Source of the DNA: Catajapyx aquilonaris
Taxonomy: Eukaryota
Assembly: GCA_000934665.2 (NCBI GenBank)
Contig: JYFJ02002571.1
Span: 1-54,578 of the forward strand
Length of the DNA stretch: 54,578 bases
Direction: 5' to 3'
Below, piece by piece: positions 22,605-35,925 of the stretch (its first letter is position 1; each line of letters starts with the position of its first letter). The translations under genes were made by a program, and so were the position numbers. The notes beneath the pieces were generated by a model. The model did no database searches. It had not been told where the DNA came from and saw only the letters and a program-made list of their open reading frames with translations.

Positions 22605-25560
22605 GTACATGGTCAATATGCTCCAGATATGGGCACCCCCTTTTTCTTTGCAGCAGTTTTTAGTTTGGTAAGGCGATGGATCCAGGTTGGATCGCCGGAA
22701 TCGAAAAGATTAGTTCCATCACTTTTACCGCTACAGCTTATAAATTTTACAGCATTGTACGGTACTAATTAAGGAGGAAATGTCGAAGCACAACTCATCT
22801 TTTGACTTGTTGAGGAAGGGTAAAATATTGTTTTTTCCGTATATGGGTAAGGCAATTATAAATCCTCCAAAATCTTGGTAAATACTGTACATAGAATGGC
22901 TACGTTATGGTATCTGTCAAACCACTTTTTCCCACCTGGAACTTGGCCCAGTACATAATGAAGGCAATTACAGCCGTAGTTTAAAAAAATTCACGTGTTG
23001 AGTCTTTTGGCCATTTTTCTCTATGAAGTTTCTTGATCCTAAATGATCTTGTCACTCATACAATGTGATAACCTGTACTACTGGACCTCTCTCCTTTTGA
23101 GGGCTTCTGCCGCCCTCTTCAGGAGAGTGCATATCCGTGCGGCAATTATTATACGTCTCTCCTTGTCTATTCTATGCATATTACTTGTTACACTGCACTG
23201 TACTTTCTTAATGTGACCTTAGTGACCACATGCACTGAAGCAAATCTGAAATCAATCTCCAGTAGAGGAATGTATATTTTGCTCTGCTGCTTGTACGACC
23301 TCAAAATACTGGATAAGAAATGATTGAGAGTATGATAGGCTGATACCATTTTTCAGCCAGTGGTTTTGGCAACCCTCCCTACAATGGCTGGGAGACTAGG
23401 CCATAATAATTTTCATTTGTAGTACCTGGAAATTACTCTGCCAAAATGGTATGACAACCTTTTGTCTTTGCAAATAACATAAGCCATGATTAGGTTCTTT
23501 GAATATACGCGTACCCGAAATGGAACAATGTATTTCCTGAATGTAATTGCAAGCAACCCCACCTTGAGCAAATAGGTAGTGATGAGTTGCAATAATGTCC
23601 AAAAAATGATCTCTTGTGCTCTCGAGCAAGTCCCTCACTTGTAATTTTGATAGCATGACCCTTTCGCATATATACGAATTGGGTATCCACGTAAATAGTC
23701 TCCCTTGGTGTCGGCATGCTTCTTCAGTTTAGCCTCTGTCAAGTTCAGATCTTTCAGTGTGTTGCATCTTCTGGCAACATTCATGAGTCCTTTGACGCTA
23801 TCACATGTCAGTAAACGGGGACCAACGAAGGTCGTTTTCTGGACGTAAGGACTTGGACGTTATTGAGGTAAATATGAGATGATTTTTCTGTGTCGACATA
23901 CACCGCATTTTACTACTTTTTGACAGCAAGGAGGTTGGAGGTATAGTGGAAGTGCATGGCGAGCTTGGAGTCTTCAAGACGATCCATGGCGCATCCATGA
24001 CAGGATGTTTCTGTGCCTTCTCTCGAACGAAGGTGTCGTAGGTAAGCTTTATTTGTTGTGGGGTGCATGTTGCGCACTTATTTGGGGTGTTGTGTGCCCA
24101 TAGTCCAAGAGGAGAGGAGTGGGAGACGGTGTAGATCAAGTGTAATCCTGCTGTCCATTTGTTTCAAATGATACAGTGGAGGCGAAATTTAATAATCTTC
24201 ATGTGGGAAATATTTCGCCATGCTGACACACCGATTGGTGGTCAGCCACCACGGCAGAAATGATGCCCTGGATGATGCAGACCTATAGAGTACATGGTCA
24301 ATATGCTCCAGATATGGGCACCCCTTTTTTCCTTGCAGCAGTTTTTAGTTTGGTAAGGCGATGGATCCAGGTTGGATCGCCGGAATCGAAAAGATTAGTT
24401 CCATCACTTTTACCACTACAGCTTATAAATTTTACAGTATTGTACGGTAATAATTAAGGAGGAAATGTCGAAGCACAACTCATCTTTTGACTTGTTGAGG
24501 AAGGGTAAAATATTGTTTTTTTCCGTGTATGGGTAACGCAATTAGAAATCCTCCAAAATCTTGGTAAATACTGTACATAGAATGGCGACGTTATGGTATC
24601 TGTCAGACCACTTTTTCCCACCTGGAACTTGACCGACTTGACCCGTACATGATCATGAATGCAATAAGAGCCTTTGTTAAAAAAATTTCACGTGTTGAGT
24701 CTGTTGGCCATTTTTCTCTAAGAAGTTTCTTGATCCTAAGTGATCTTGTCACTCATACAATGTAATAACCTCTAAGGGTGGACCTCTCTCCTTCTGCGTG
24801 CTTCTGCTACCCTCTTCAATTCCGTGCGGCAATTATTATACGTCGCTCCTGTCTATTCTATGCATATTACTTGTTACACTGCACTGTACTTTCTTAATGT
24901 GACCTTAGTGACCGCGTGCACTGAAGCAAATTTGAAATCAGTCTCCAGCAGAAGAATGTCTATTTTGCTCTGCTACTTGTACGACCTCAAAATACTGGAT
25001 AAGAAATGATTGAGAGTATGATAGGCTGATACCATTTTTCAGCCAGTGGTTTTGGCAACCCTCTCTCCAATGGCTGGGAGACTAGGGGATTGTAGTACCT
25101 GGAAATTACTCAGACAAAATGGTATGACAACCTTTTGTATTTGCAAATAAGATAAGCCATGATTTGGTTTTTTGGATATACGTGTACCAGAAATGGAACA
25201 ATGTACAGTATATCCTGAATGTAATCGCAAGAAACCCCACCTTGAGCAAATAGGTAGTGATGAGTTGCAATAATGTCCAAAAAATGATCTCTTGTGCTCT
25301 CGAGCAAGTCTCTCACTTGTAATTTTGATAGCATGACCCTTTCGCATATATATACGAATTGGGTTTCCACGTAAATAGTCTCTTCCTTGGTGTCGACAGG
25401 CTTCTTCAGCTTAGACTCTGTCAGACAGGTTCATGTCGTTCAATGTGTTACAGCTTCTGGAAACATTCAGGAGTCCTTTGACGCTATCACAGGTCAGTAA
25501 TAGGGTCAGTTGGACCAAGGAAGGTCGTTTTCTGGACTTAAGGACTTGGGAGGTATTGAG
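22605..25560. repeat. Second tandem duplication: unit A 22605-23867, unit B 24290-25560
   Basis: Both start GTACATGGTCAATATGCTCCAGATATGGGCACCC and end AAGGACTTGG...TATTGAG; colinear. Confidence 0.95.
22900..23850 (-). pseudogene. Crypton-type tyrosine recombinase remnant with SANT-like tail, copy 3 (second subfamily)
   Basis: RKR..LVPV/LLTCDSVKG...DYLRGYPIRIYAK...RDLLESTR...IIAT..., then EKWPK and VLGQVPGGKK (family pattern KW...LGKVPGK). Confidence 0.6.
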
Positions 25561-25700
25561 ATTGGAAAAATTCGACTGCTTCACCGTCATACTCGGCACT
25601 ACGTCCGGTATGTGGAATGGAATAAAAATGAGTCAAAAATTATGCGCACGTGGTTTCAGTTCTCTGCAATCTGGGTCTTACACTTTGGCTGATATGTGCC
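24590..25700 (-). pseudogene. Crypton-type tyrosine recombinase remnant, copy 4
   Basis: Duplicate of copy 3; extends further 5' (VVPSMTVKQ...LLLTCDSVKG). Confidence 0.55.
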
Positions 25701-26040
25701 CATGCACACGAGTGTATTGTCCACGAAAATGCCATCCTTTAGCAGGTTGTTTCGTACACTTAGTATCAGGTGGAAAATCTTATATATAAGACATGGATTT
25801 TGTTTCCATTAATGACCATAGATACAGTAAGTCGTGTAATTCCCAGGTTCTTCAGGACTGACTCGTTAGCAGGACCCATGTCACATTAAGCTACGAAGAT
25901 CAAGCCCTAAATTCTCCAGGATGGCTGCCACTGTCTTCTCGAATTATGGTGACTGGTAATTTTTTAGACAATTTTCCTGATTCTTTGAGTAACAGCGCTA
26001 CTCCTTCACAATCATGTCTTCATCAAATCTGTAGGTCATA

Positions 26041-26185
26041 GGCCGTTTTCTCGAACAGTGGTTCAAATGTAAACCCGGTCCAAAGCCTGTTTAAACCCTT
26101 GACAACAGCCTAACAACAATCAAATCAGGGATTAAACTGGCTTTGAACCCGGTTTACATTTGAACCACTGTTCGAGAAAATGGCA
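26041..26185. mobile_element. MITE (Harbinger-like TIRs)
   Basis: GGCCGTTTTCTCGAACAGTGGTTCAAATGTAAACC ... GGTTTACATTTGAACCACTGTTCGAGAAAATGGC; CATA on both flanks. Confidence 0.85.
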
Positions 26186-26713
26186 CATAGTCTGTCTGGT
26201 AGGTTCATTTTGTTGACTTGTTGCAAGACCAAATGGCATGGTTACATGCCCTGTTCATGTCGGTACGTGATTATCTCTGACATGTTTCATCTATTCATTC
26301 CAGACCCTGTCATGAGGCTTAAATTACTGACTGGGACATAAATGATGCATTTTCTTTTTGGTACGCTGTATAGGCACTGTTAACTCTACAGTGTAATAAA
26401 CTACTTTAAGATTAATATTATAGCTCGTCATGTGGGTGTCAAGGGGTATGTGGCACAGTGTAACATGTCGGTTCCCATGTAGACTCTAACCTGCAGGCCT
26501 CCCTATACAAAAATGTTTCCAGCAATATGAAGTCAGTGGTGATGGTCATATGATTCCACCCACAACTTTTCTCTCCACTTGGGATGCCTTGGATACTTAG
26601 TCAAAGCTTCATCCAGAATCCTGAAGACGTCTGTGTCGCTTACAATAAAAGGCATTGTCGGTAATATTGACATGGTGCAAGTTCATGACCATTATTGTCT
26701 CTATTTACGTACA

Positions 26714-26858
26714 TTTTCTTGATTCATTACATACCCATCCATCACATTTCCTGGCATCGTTGGATGCGTAGGCGGATGTCACATATCGACGTGTGCCCCT
26801 AAAAATGATGCCACTTCATATTTCAACCGAAAATGGTTACAGCCGTGCTACTACAAGG
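26714..26858 (+). mobile_element. Harbinger/HARBI1-like transposase fragment
   Basis: FPGIVGCVGGCHISTCAPKNDATSYFNRK matches FPGxIGxIDGxHI...P.....YxNRK. Confidence 0.85.
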
Positions 26859-27119
26859 TACAGTATCGCCCGAGCTCAGGATGGTCACCAATAGAAGTAT
26901 GGCTCCCGCTGTGATCTTTGCTAGTGCTCGGGTTGCCTCAAACTGTGCACCACGTACCCAGGGGGTCGTATTGATTAAATAGTTTACGTCTCACCAATAT
27001 ACGCTGGTTAATCCAACTGTTCGGAGTTAGGATAGCAAAAGTGTCCGTAATTTCTCCTGACTTTCAAGTTATTGTTGACTTCCTGTAGCTCTCCACCTAC
27101 TTATGGGCATCTTATCAAT

Positions 27120-27260
27120 GCACATATTTTCGTGCAAGAGTGTGTGATTCCTAAATGGGCAATATCCATGTCTATTTCAAACCTCTCGGCAGCATCTCGA
27201 TCGTCACACACCTGATTGCCCATTATCCAGCACACATTTTTCGAAGCTCGAGGGAATCCT
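27120..27260 (-). mobile_element. Harbinger transposase HTH fragment
   Basis: WIMGNQVCDDRDAAERFEIDMDIAH resembles WYxGNxESxRxVADRF.IS.STAH. Confidence 0.55.
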
Positions 27261-29266
27261 GAGAGAGTTCGGTTTGGCATGTTGACTTTTTATACCAGGT
27301 TCTATTAACCGGCGATATTTCATGGCTCGTCAGCAGCTCCCGCGTCTTCCGTACCAGGGGCTTTCACTTGTTTCCTGACTGACAATAAAACCGAAAGGCG
27401 TAGTCGGTAATGTGACACTATGACCTCGTACTATATATAACAAATTGTGATTGGGAGTTATTCCCTTATTAATTGGGGATTTATAGCTGATTGAACGTAA
27501 TTTCCAGTTGCAACTTCATATTTACACAGATATTTATGTTTGGAGATTTAGGTACGTTTTTGTTCTTTCTCTACCCCCCACTCAATTGATGTAAGCTACG
27601 TATTATTAGAATAAAAGTTTGTATTAGGCATGTGCACAGTTGTACTACAGAGGTAATAATTATGTATTGACCAATGAGGTTTTTTCTTGGGTTGGCGTAG
27701 TGCGTGCTCCGAACTGGAAGGTTATATGAGTGGCCAAATATTAGATTAATTAGACCATTCAGGATGCATGGAATATCTGATGAGGACGAAAGTTGCAACA
27801 TTATGGACGAGAGAGGGATCAAACGAATGATAAAGTGAAAATACCCCCATGAGCATGAAACCTTACGTAAAGCGTGTAGAGGACGTGATGCTGAACCTGC
27901 CAGAAATCTATACAAGTCTCTTGCGTGCAAAGGAGCTTCAAACACTTCGCATTAAAACAGCACTGGTCTGGTCAGTACACAATTCCTTTGAAAGGAAGAA
28001 ACACGCCACCACGAAAGAGATCGCTGACGAGAAACGGACGTGCCCAAGAAAATTCCAGCTTCCCATTTAGAGTGGAGGGAGGCTACCCAACTCCTTTTGC
28101 AGTGTTATGTGCTAAAGGTCTCCTTACATCTGTTGGGTGATTGTCGTTATGTAGCCGCAATGTTCATTGAGAAATTGTTCCCATCCCTATTGCTACGATA
28201 ACTTGTTCCTTTGAAACCTTGAGCAATGGCTTTTGGCGTTGTACTTGATTCAGTACAGGTTGTGCTGGAGTGTGACATGGCTCACATACTCTTGTTTGTC
28301 CTTATTTTGTGTGACTTTGACGATTCCTGGTAAATACTGTTTTCATTCACCCCTTGTCTCATTTTGTCCCTCCAGCAAATTTTGCCCGTGGGATGTCTTT
28401 ACTGTGTGTACAACTCTTTAATGGTCACGCGAATGAGTTGTCCTTCTCGTTGTTCCTGTAGATGGAGTGTATTGTTATTGTAAATGTCACTAGCAACGAC
28501 CTGTATCAGCGGTCGTGGTTGGCTTGATCCTTGATATCTTCATTGTTTCAGCCTTTGTCTAGTACTCTCACCAAAATTTGCTCCAGAGGTATAGTAGTCT
28601 CCCTATACATCACCACTCTGTTTCTTGTATGATATATCGATGTACGCATATTTCAGTCACCTAAAAATGGAATTTCGGAAAGTTTCATGGAAAGATCACA
28701 AATTGTCCAAAATTGGGCAAACTAATAATGAATAATTTCATTTCGTACCTTTTAATTAGTGCTAACTGTAATGAAAGACTGCCTGTCCTTTGTTGGAAAA
28801 AGTTGACTCCTTCTTGGAAGATTTAGTTACGTTTTCTCGAAATAATAGTCATTTAAATCAGGTGAGGGACTGCTGTAAGTGATGAGACAAATCTTCTTAT
28901 TGGTTGGTATCGCACGTGTCATTGGCCTCGTATCTCCAGTTGGTGTCTTCCTTTCTCTCTGGCCTCTACACTTCAATTGTTGCTGCTCAATCGGAAGCGA
29001 GGTCTATAAAGTAGCTGTTGTGCGCTGAATGAGCACCCCTAGTGTGTTCCTTGTCACCTAGAACAAGCAACAGGTTGATGGAAATCATCCACTTTTGTTT
29101 GTGACGTTCAGACACGTTCTCATGTTCTGCTGCTCTGTCTTTGTTCATTAGGGACCATTTTATTATGACATGTAGAGCCATTTGTTGTTGGCGTCCTTTT
29201 ATACCGTGTGTAAGGTACGTGTTACTTTCGTCGCAGTCGTTAGTCGTTCGTCGTTAGTTAGCTGCG

Positions 29267-29620
29267 TTATTTATTGGCGAATATTCGGGCGCGATTGTCC
29301 AGGTCCTCCAGTCGGGCTGTCAGAGTCTGCACTTGACCAAGTAGAGCCACGTTTTCCTCCCTCATCACACTAACCTCCAGCGTTTGGTGTTGAAGTTCTT
29401 GCTTCAGTTCCGCCACGGATTCTGTCCAGGAAGCTTTAAGTTCCGTTGCCTTAGCGTCCATTTTGGCACATAACTGGGCACTGAGTTCATCCAACATCGC
29501 CTTCATACTGTCTATGTTGAAAGATGGTGCCATTTCTGCTCAAGCTCCTTTTGACTTCCAAAAAAAAAGGAATAACTGGCCGGGAGAGCGGAAAACAACA
29601 CGACCTTCCACCCAGCAGCA
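29267..29620 (-). mobile_element. L1/Tx1-type LINE 5' UTR plus ORF1 N-terminal coiled coil, 3'-truncated
   Basis: ORF 29267-29533 with heptads ending LTARLEDLDNRAR (L1 ORF1 LEDLENRSR); short upstream UTR. Confidence 0.7.
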
Positions 29621-29624
29621 TTTA

Positions 29625-29682
29625 TTGCGGCGTCTAGTGTGTTTGTGTGTGTTTGATTCTTTGGTCCTACTCTCCTATCTTA
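29625..29682. repeat. ~57-bp dispersed repeat, second copy at ~33298-33355
   Basis: TTGCGGCGTCTAGTGTGTTTGTG.GT.TTTGATTCTTT(T)GGTCCTA.TCTCCTATCTT at both sites. Confidence 0.85.
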
Positions 29683-29899
29683 TTATTATTTTCGATATCG
29701 TCTGGGCGATATTTCGCACGTTGGGAATTGTAGGGCTGCGCTTGATGGGTTCCAAAAGAGACTGTATCACCAAGTCGTCTGAGATCGAGTCTGAGATGAA
29801 TGTTAGGGCAGAGCCGGCCTGATCGGCGACCCGTGGATGACTCCGGGATAGGTGAGTGTGCCTATATGAGATGATAGAGTGCGCACCTTTGCTGCTGTG

Positions 29900-30300
29900 T
29901 TCACAAACGTATCAATATTCTTCCTTCCAATATCCTCCAAAAAAAATCGCCATTCAGAGTATGTTAATAACAAGTAATATATAAGCCAAAGCAAGCATGA
30001 CTGCTTGAAATGAAACTTGCCAATAAATCATACAAGCTCCCATCATCAACGTAAATATCACCATTATTGACACAGTTACTGGCATGTGTGCACCACTGAT
30101 GAGATGCAGTGTCAGATCTTTTCCGACTTCGAACCTTCTGGTGACCATCTCAGGTCTCACGTCGTATCATATCTTAGATTAAAATCAATTCTGGGTCCTT
30201 TGTTGGGAGTCGCACCTTTTCCGCGGCATCTTTTTTGAACGAATGCGAATGGTGAGTATCCTTCTGTCCTGCTCTGATGTCAACGAGCCTGATTTCATCA
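29900..30300 (-). pseudogene. Possible tandem PC4-like domain remnant
   Basis: RLVDIR...LPTK / RRFEVGKDLTLHL / LLLTYSEWRFFLEDI in order across frames. Confidence 0.3.
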
Positions 30301-32589
30301 TGGTGACGGCATCATTGGAATGTAGCAGTGATCAATACTAATTTGCGTTTTTTTTTTTTTCATTTATAGAATTTATGGCGGGGAATTCCCTTCTTCCAAA
30401 GAGATATAACTGTTCCCAAAAAGTTTCTGTCGTTTTATCAGATACTGGGAGATAAATAGCAAAATTGTGTTCCTGTTACGAAACGTCAAAAATCGACAAC
30501 TGTCACAGGGTAAGGTTGTTACACAGTTGGGAATATTGGGATTTTGCTTCATGGGAAGATGTCCTCCTCTAGGTTCAGTTTGTGGTGTGTCCCCAGGACC
30601 TGTATTCCTTTTTTGAGATGTCCTATTGCATACGCATAATATCTGAAATGTTGTGGTGCTTTGAGAATATTGTTTGTGTGTGTCACATGAGGTGGGTATT
30701 ACAAACACACTTTATGCTAGCATTCATAATCGCACATTATTTGCAGCCATTATGAGGATCAATCCGCACGTCCATAACATAAGTACACAAAATGTATTTG
30801 GGGAACTCAGTTAAGATGCTTATTTCCTTCATTGTTACGGATATGGTACAATTGAAGCTGCGTAGAAAAGAAGCCTCCATGTCGCGGGTGCAATACGCGG
30901 AACTTGAAGGATGAAGCTTGTCTTGAAGCTATGATAACGAAAAGGGCGGAAAGAACACGTTAAGACGTCTCACAAGTAGGAAGCGTACGGAAGCAAACAT
31001 TCGCCTTAAACTTTAATTTTGTGACCGGAATAGCGATATTTTAAATTTTGCGTGTTTTCAATGGAAAAACCAATGATTTGCTTAATTTTTGATGGAAAAA
31101 TATATGAAACAGCTTTAAATGGCTCATTTGTCACGTGATATCTCCATAACACTGTTAGAAATGGCTAGTATGTCGACAATTACGATTATACACGATGTTA
31201 CACTCCCGAATCATTGGATATGAGAGGTTGACTCAAGTGATGCGCGACAGATCTAGTCTTGCCACAAGCATGTAATTATCGTAAATGCAATATTTTCACA
31301 TCTACAATCAGAGTACAATCCTCTCATGTTTCCCAGTGATAGAAATTCAGTTTATACTTTCGGAAGACTGGTGAAGGTAGACGTACCGTACCACTTTGGC
31401 CTTACCTGCTTTGGGATGCCCAATATTGTTTAATCCTATCACTCGCAACAGGCTGATGATGATTGTGATGAGGAGGAGGAGGATGACAGTGCATGTATCC
31501 CACGACGGCTATAGGCGAGGGGTAATAATTACCACCTTGCATGGATTCAGCCTTTTGCGAACCTGATCCGGGAATTGGAATATTCAGGGAGATTTTATTT
31601 TACTGCTGTATTTTACTGCGACGGAATGAGGCCAGGATCCAAAACAAAATACAAAATAATCCCGGTACAAAGGAAATCACCTCAACTTGGTATACCAGAC
31701 GGTATTCTTTTATTGCCTATAAATGTTCTGTTTTTCTAACAGGAAAAATGTTTTGGGTGCTTACTACATGCTCAGTTTGTCGGGCTAGTTGTTATTTCAT
31801 CATGATTTTTTGCAGCTTTCAGTCGTAGTCCATATTTCAATACTTGAGAGTGCATCGTGGGCAATCCAGATCTCTTAAGTATATGCAGCTTCTACACGTT
31901 TTCTCATATGTACATTGAGAAAATGCATGTAATTTTAATATAGGTCAGTGGGTAATAAAATGTTGGCGGTTACAATCATGCCCATCGCAGTCAGTCATTA
32001 CGGAAGGCAATCTCAAAAATGCATCATGAGCATTTTCAATGTAACAATTGTATGTGTGAAGCATGGTGTGAAGCCACTCGGAGGATGCAAGGCTTGAAAC
32101 GGACGGGGCAGCCTTGTGATGGTCGCCAGAAGTAATCAAAAAAGACGGGTATTTTGATGAACATCTACGCGAATGATAATAGCACATAATATTCGTCAGA
32201 AGTTTGCAGCATGGAAACATTTGCCTCAATTCAGTATATGATTCGAGAGTTTGTTCATCATGCTACAGCATCTACTCGACACAGTTCACAATCATGTGAC
32301 TACGTATAGCTTCTTGTGTTGGGCCGAGTGGCGTACGATGTACATTGATTGCACCAGTGATTGTATAAGTTGAAGAACGGATTGTTCCTTCCTCGGCGCA
32401 CTTTAAAACTTTTACTTCGCAAAAGGTGCGTAGCACAATTCATTAATTTAACGTACGATAGTATTTGAAAAGGTTTTCGTTTCTGAATAATTTTGAATGG
32501 GACAAGTGTCTGGGATGGAGCAGAAAATGGTGACGTTACCCATTTTTCTCAGAATTATTGTGTTGTTTTGTGTGACTCCCACTCCTCTC

Positions 32590-32840
32590 CTTTAGTTCAG
32601 TCGCTATACGTTCCCTCTGAAAGAATACTCTCGGCTTGTGCTTCAGGCGATGATATGTCAAGAAGAGGGCCTCCGTCTTTGCTCCATTGTATTCCAGGCC
32701 GAGCGAGGCAGCCCAACCCAGAATCACAGGCTCCAGCCGCAGCCACGTCTTTTGTATGTTGTCCACTTAGGTGCCCGATATCAGCATGGCCTGATCGTCT
32801 GCGTACGCCTGACCATGTATCTGGTCTCCCCCCGTTTCTC
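32590..32840 (-). mobile_element. R1-like LINE reverse transcriptase fragment
   Basis: QAYADDQAMLISGT*VDNIQ...ILGWAASLGLEYNGAKTEALF. Confidence 0.85.
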
Positions 32841-35134
32841 TTATGGCACGAAACCATCCATTCATTACTAGGTCCCAAAGCAGAGGTCCCACACTTACAC
32901 AAACAATTGACATTTAGAATCACCATACAGGCCAGATAGGACACGTTTAAAATGCAGCACGACGCAAAACATCTTAATAATGACATACTCAATTGCAAAC
33001 TTTTGAGGAGACTTACGTTTCAAAAGTACTTTATTATTCCGTCTGGAAACCCCATTTCATATTTCAGACTTCTTCTCAAACCATTGACATTAAAAATCCC
33101 CAATATACCCTTGCTCTTTGGGATCATATGAATTGAATGATTCTCATTTTCTCATGTTTGAATCCCCGGTTAACGTGAACATATACAATAATATGGAGTT
33201 GAGATTAATTGTAATCTGGACCGAATATCACTACTGTAATAACAGTGTAACGCGAAATCTTCTCATGCCAGGAGATGTGACTCGGCTGTGGATCATGTTG
33301 CGGCGTCTAGTGTGTTTGTGAGTCTTTGATTCTTTTGGTCCTATTCTCCTATCTTAGACACATCCGAAATCACGCGGTGCGCCATTCTTGTCCATAGGGT
33401 TCGAAGACACTGGTCTTCAATCATATAATATTATAAATGTCAATAATATTGTTATTCAAAGAATATCTTCTCTGCTCTCAGGCTTGCACATACGGACCTC
33501 CACTTGCTACTTGCAAATGTACGAAGCAACATCCGAAATCACGAGATGCGCCATTCTTGTCCATGCAGCCTTGTGATGGTCGCCAGATATAATCGAGGAG
33601 ATGGATATTCTAATGAACATTTACGTGAATGACAACAGTTCATGATAATTATTAAAATATACAGCGCAGGAATATTTGCCTCATTATTGAGCTTCACAGG
33701 CACGGTAGTCTCATGGTTCTCATTTATGGCTTAAATATATCATTCATGCATATCGTGTCTGATCTTGTCAAAATGAGGGATACTAATGTACTTCCGTTCG
33801 TTATTGGCCTGATCCTTTATCTGCGTGATGTACCGACATTGTGTGAAGTCCTTATGTTTCCTCTCTTCATAGTCCGTGGGTTACCTCGCTGGTGTCAGTC
33901 CAAATGATTAGTGGACCATCATGCTGCTCGGATGACTTTCAGTCTTGAGGAGTACGCATCATGGTCGGTGGTTTGCCTTGTCACGCAACAATCATGCAAG
34001 ACGACAATATTGTGGGTTGATACCAATTGAGAAATGTACTGACCGGCAACTGCATCGTCAACACTCTTGATGTTTTGGTCTTGTTTTTTCCACTCTTTTT
34101 ATATGGTCGAGGCGGACAGCTCTCGGGATTGAGGGATCGGGAATAAATGCATCTCTTCCTTTCCTGATTCTTTAAGCAGCACAGCGGGATCCTTGACCTT
34201 TTTATCCCACGTTGTGAAAGGAAAACCTCCTTACGCATCATCAAAATCGGCACTTGCTCTAAATGATTTTCGCCTGCATATGTTGTGTGTACACTGTACA
34301 TGACGTATGACTGCGGTCCTTCGTCAGTAATAATTATGACTTGGTTGATAATAACTAAGACAAATTATCAGTGGTTTGAGGCAGTTGACTGTTTCCGCTG
34401 TACTTATATGCGGAAGTTTCCTTGGATATTGTCATTTATTTCAATTTGTGATCCTCGTGCCAGTCTCCCTTTTCGGTGGTTAAAGTGTGGTATGTGGGTG
34501 CTTCGTCGCACTGGCCATGCAATATCTTGACATCACACTACAATGATGATGCCCCATCATACGGTTGTAGTGGATGCTGTGGTAGTCTGCTTTGGTGCAA
34601 GGCGTTGACTACTCGTTGCATCAGTGTCTGTTGTGTCTCAATAAGTTATTGAAACCTCTCCTCAGGATCTTGCGTCATCGTGGCGTGATTGGCCTTCAAA
34701 CACCAAAATGATGATGTACCAGTCAAATACGGGGGAAACGGGACCGGGGACAACGGGGTGTGCCTTTGGTCCAGATTGGACCCCGAAAGAATTAAGTCAA
34801 AGTTTAAAGCTCGGAATTATTTGTATTTTGTATTTCTATCATACGTATTTCTTTCTAGTGTTTCATCCCCGATTTTCACCATTTAAGGTCGGGGAAATTA
34901 CACGAACGTACACATTTCACTTTTATTTTATTTTATTGTAATGTTAATTGTAGCAATTACAGTGGATGGAATACATTTTTTGTATTAATGATGAATACTA
35001 ACGAGAGATGACACAACACTACTTGTTGATTTCATTTTCCGTGAGAGGTGGTGGTTCAGGACGTGCCTCAGCATGCCTTCTGGCCTGGAGCCGCAGACTC
35101 CTCCTGAGCGGATATACGTTACTACTTCTGTGTG

Positions 35135-35925
35135 TTAGGAAAATCTGAAATCGGCAGACTCACTTACACTGTAGCACTGGCTCTTAGGCGCTTTGCTTGC
35201 CATCGTGGCATTCAGGCTTTCATTAGCTTGGCTGGAAGCCCCATGAGAAAATTTGTGGGCATTGCCAGCCAGCTTGTAAAATATGCCCTGCAAGGCAGAG
35301 TACAGCTTAGAGTCATGGAAACCTCCCGGTACAGTTCGGTGATCATAATTTTCAGGATCTGTAACATAACCGCACCACTCCCCACAGTTGTCATGCCTAT
35401 TAAAGCAGTGGTCTGGAATATTCATAAGGGAAGCAGCCATTGCCTTACTGTCCCCCTTGTTCTGGCTAAGTGCATAGGTAAAACATCTGTGCAGGTATAA
35501 TGGATGGATTCTCGTGTCACCACCATGGCTTTTTTCCACCCCATACAGTGCTCTATCAACACCTCTGGTTGCGTGATTTCTGTCTGAGAGTTACACAACA
35601 GGGTGGCTGCTTCCTTCATGAACCTTTGCATTGTGGGAGCTGTCATCATCAGCCACAAATACACCAACTTCCAGGTTGCACGACTTCAGAATGGAGCTAT
35701 TATTACATAGCTGTGCTGCACAATGAGCCTCTATGGCCTTGGCACTGCCATTAAACCGCTGCGCTGCCTGCAATCATGAGAATCTGGGGAATGCCCCATA
35801 ATCTAAGACACGCCCTGTGTGGTAACCGATCAGAGAACCGTAGCCATTGAGACTATCGTAACTACGACCATTCCCTCTGCAGCTGAATCCCATATCGTAT
35901 GCAGTCATTACTCTCACCACATCGT
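35135..35925 (-). mobile_element. Kolobok-like ('Mutator-like transposase' family) DDE transposase pseudogene
   Basis: YDMGFSCRGNGRSYDSLNGYGSLIG..TGRVLDY; GSAKAIEA; FVADDDSS; H.F..H.NCGEWC; SSQANESLN...SKAPK; frameshifts and internal deletions. Confidence 0.85.
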
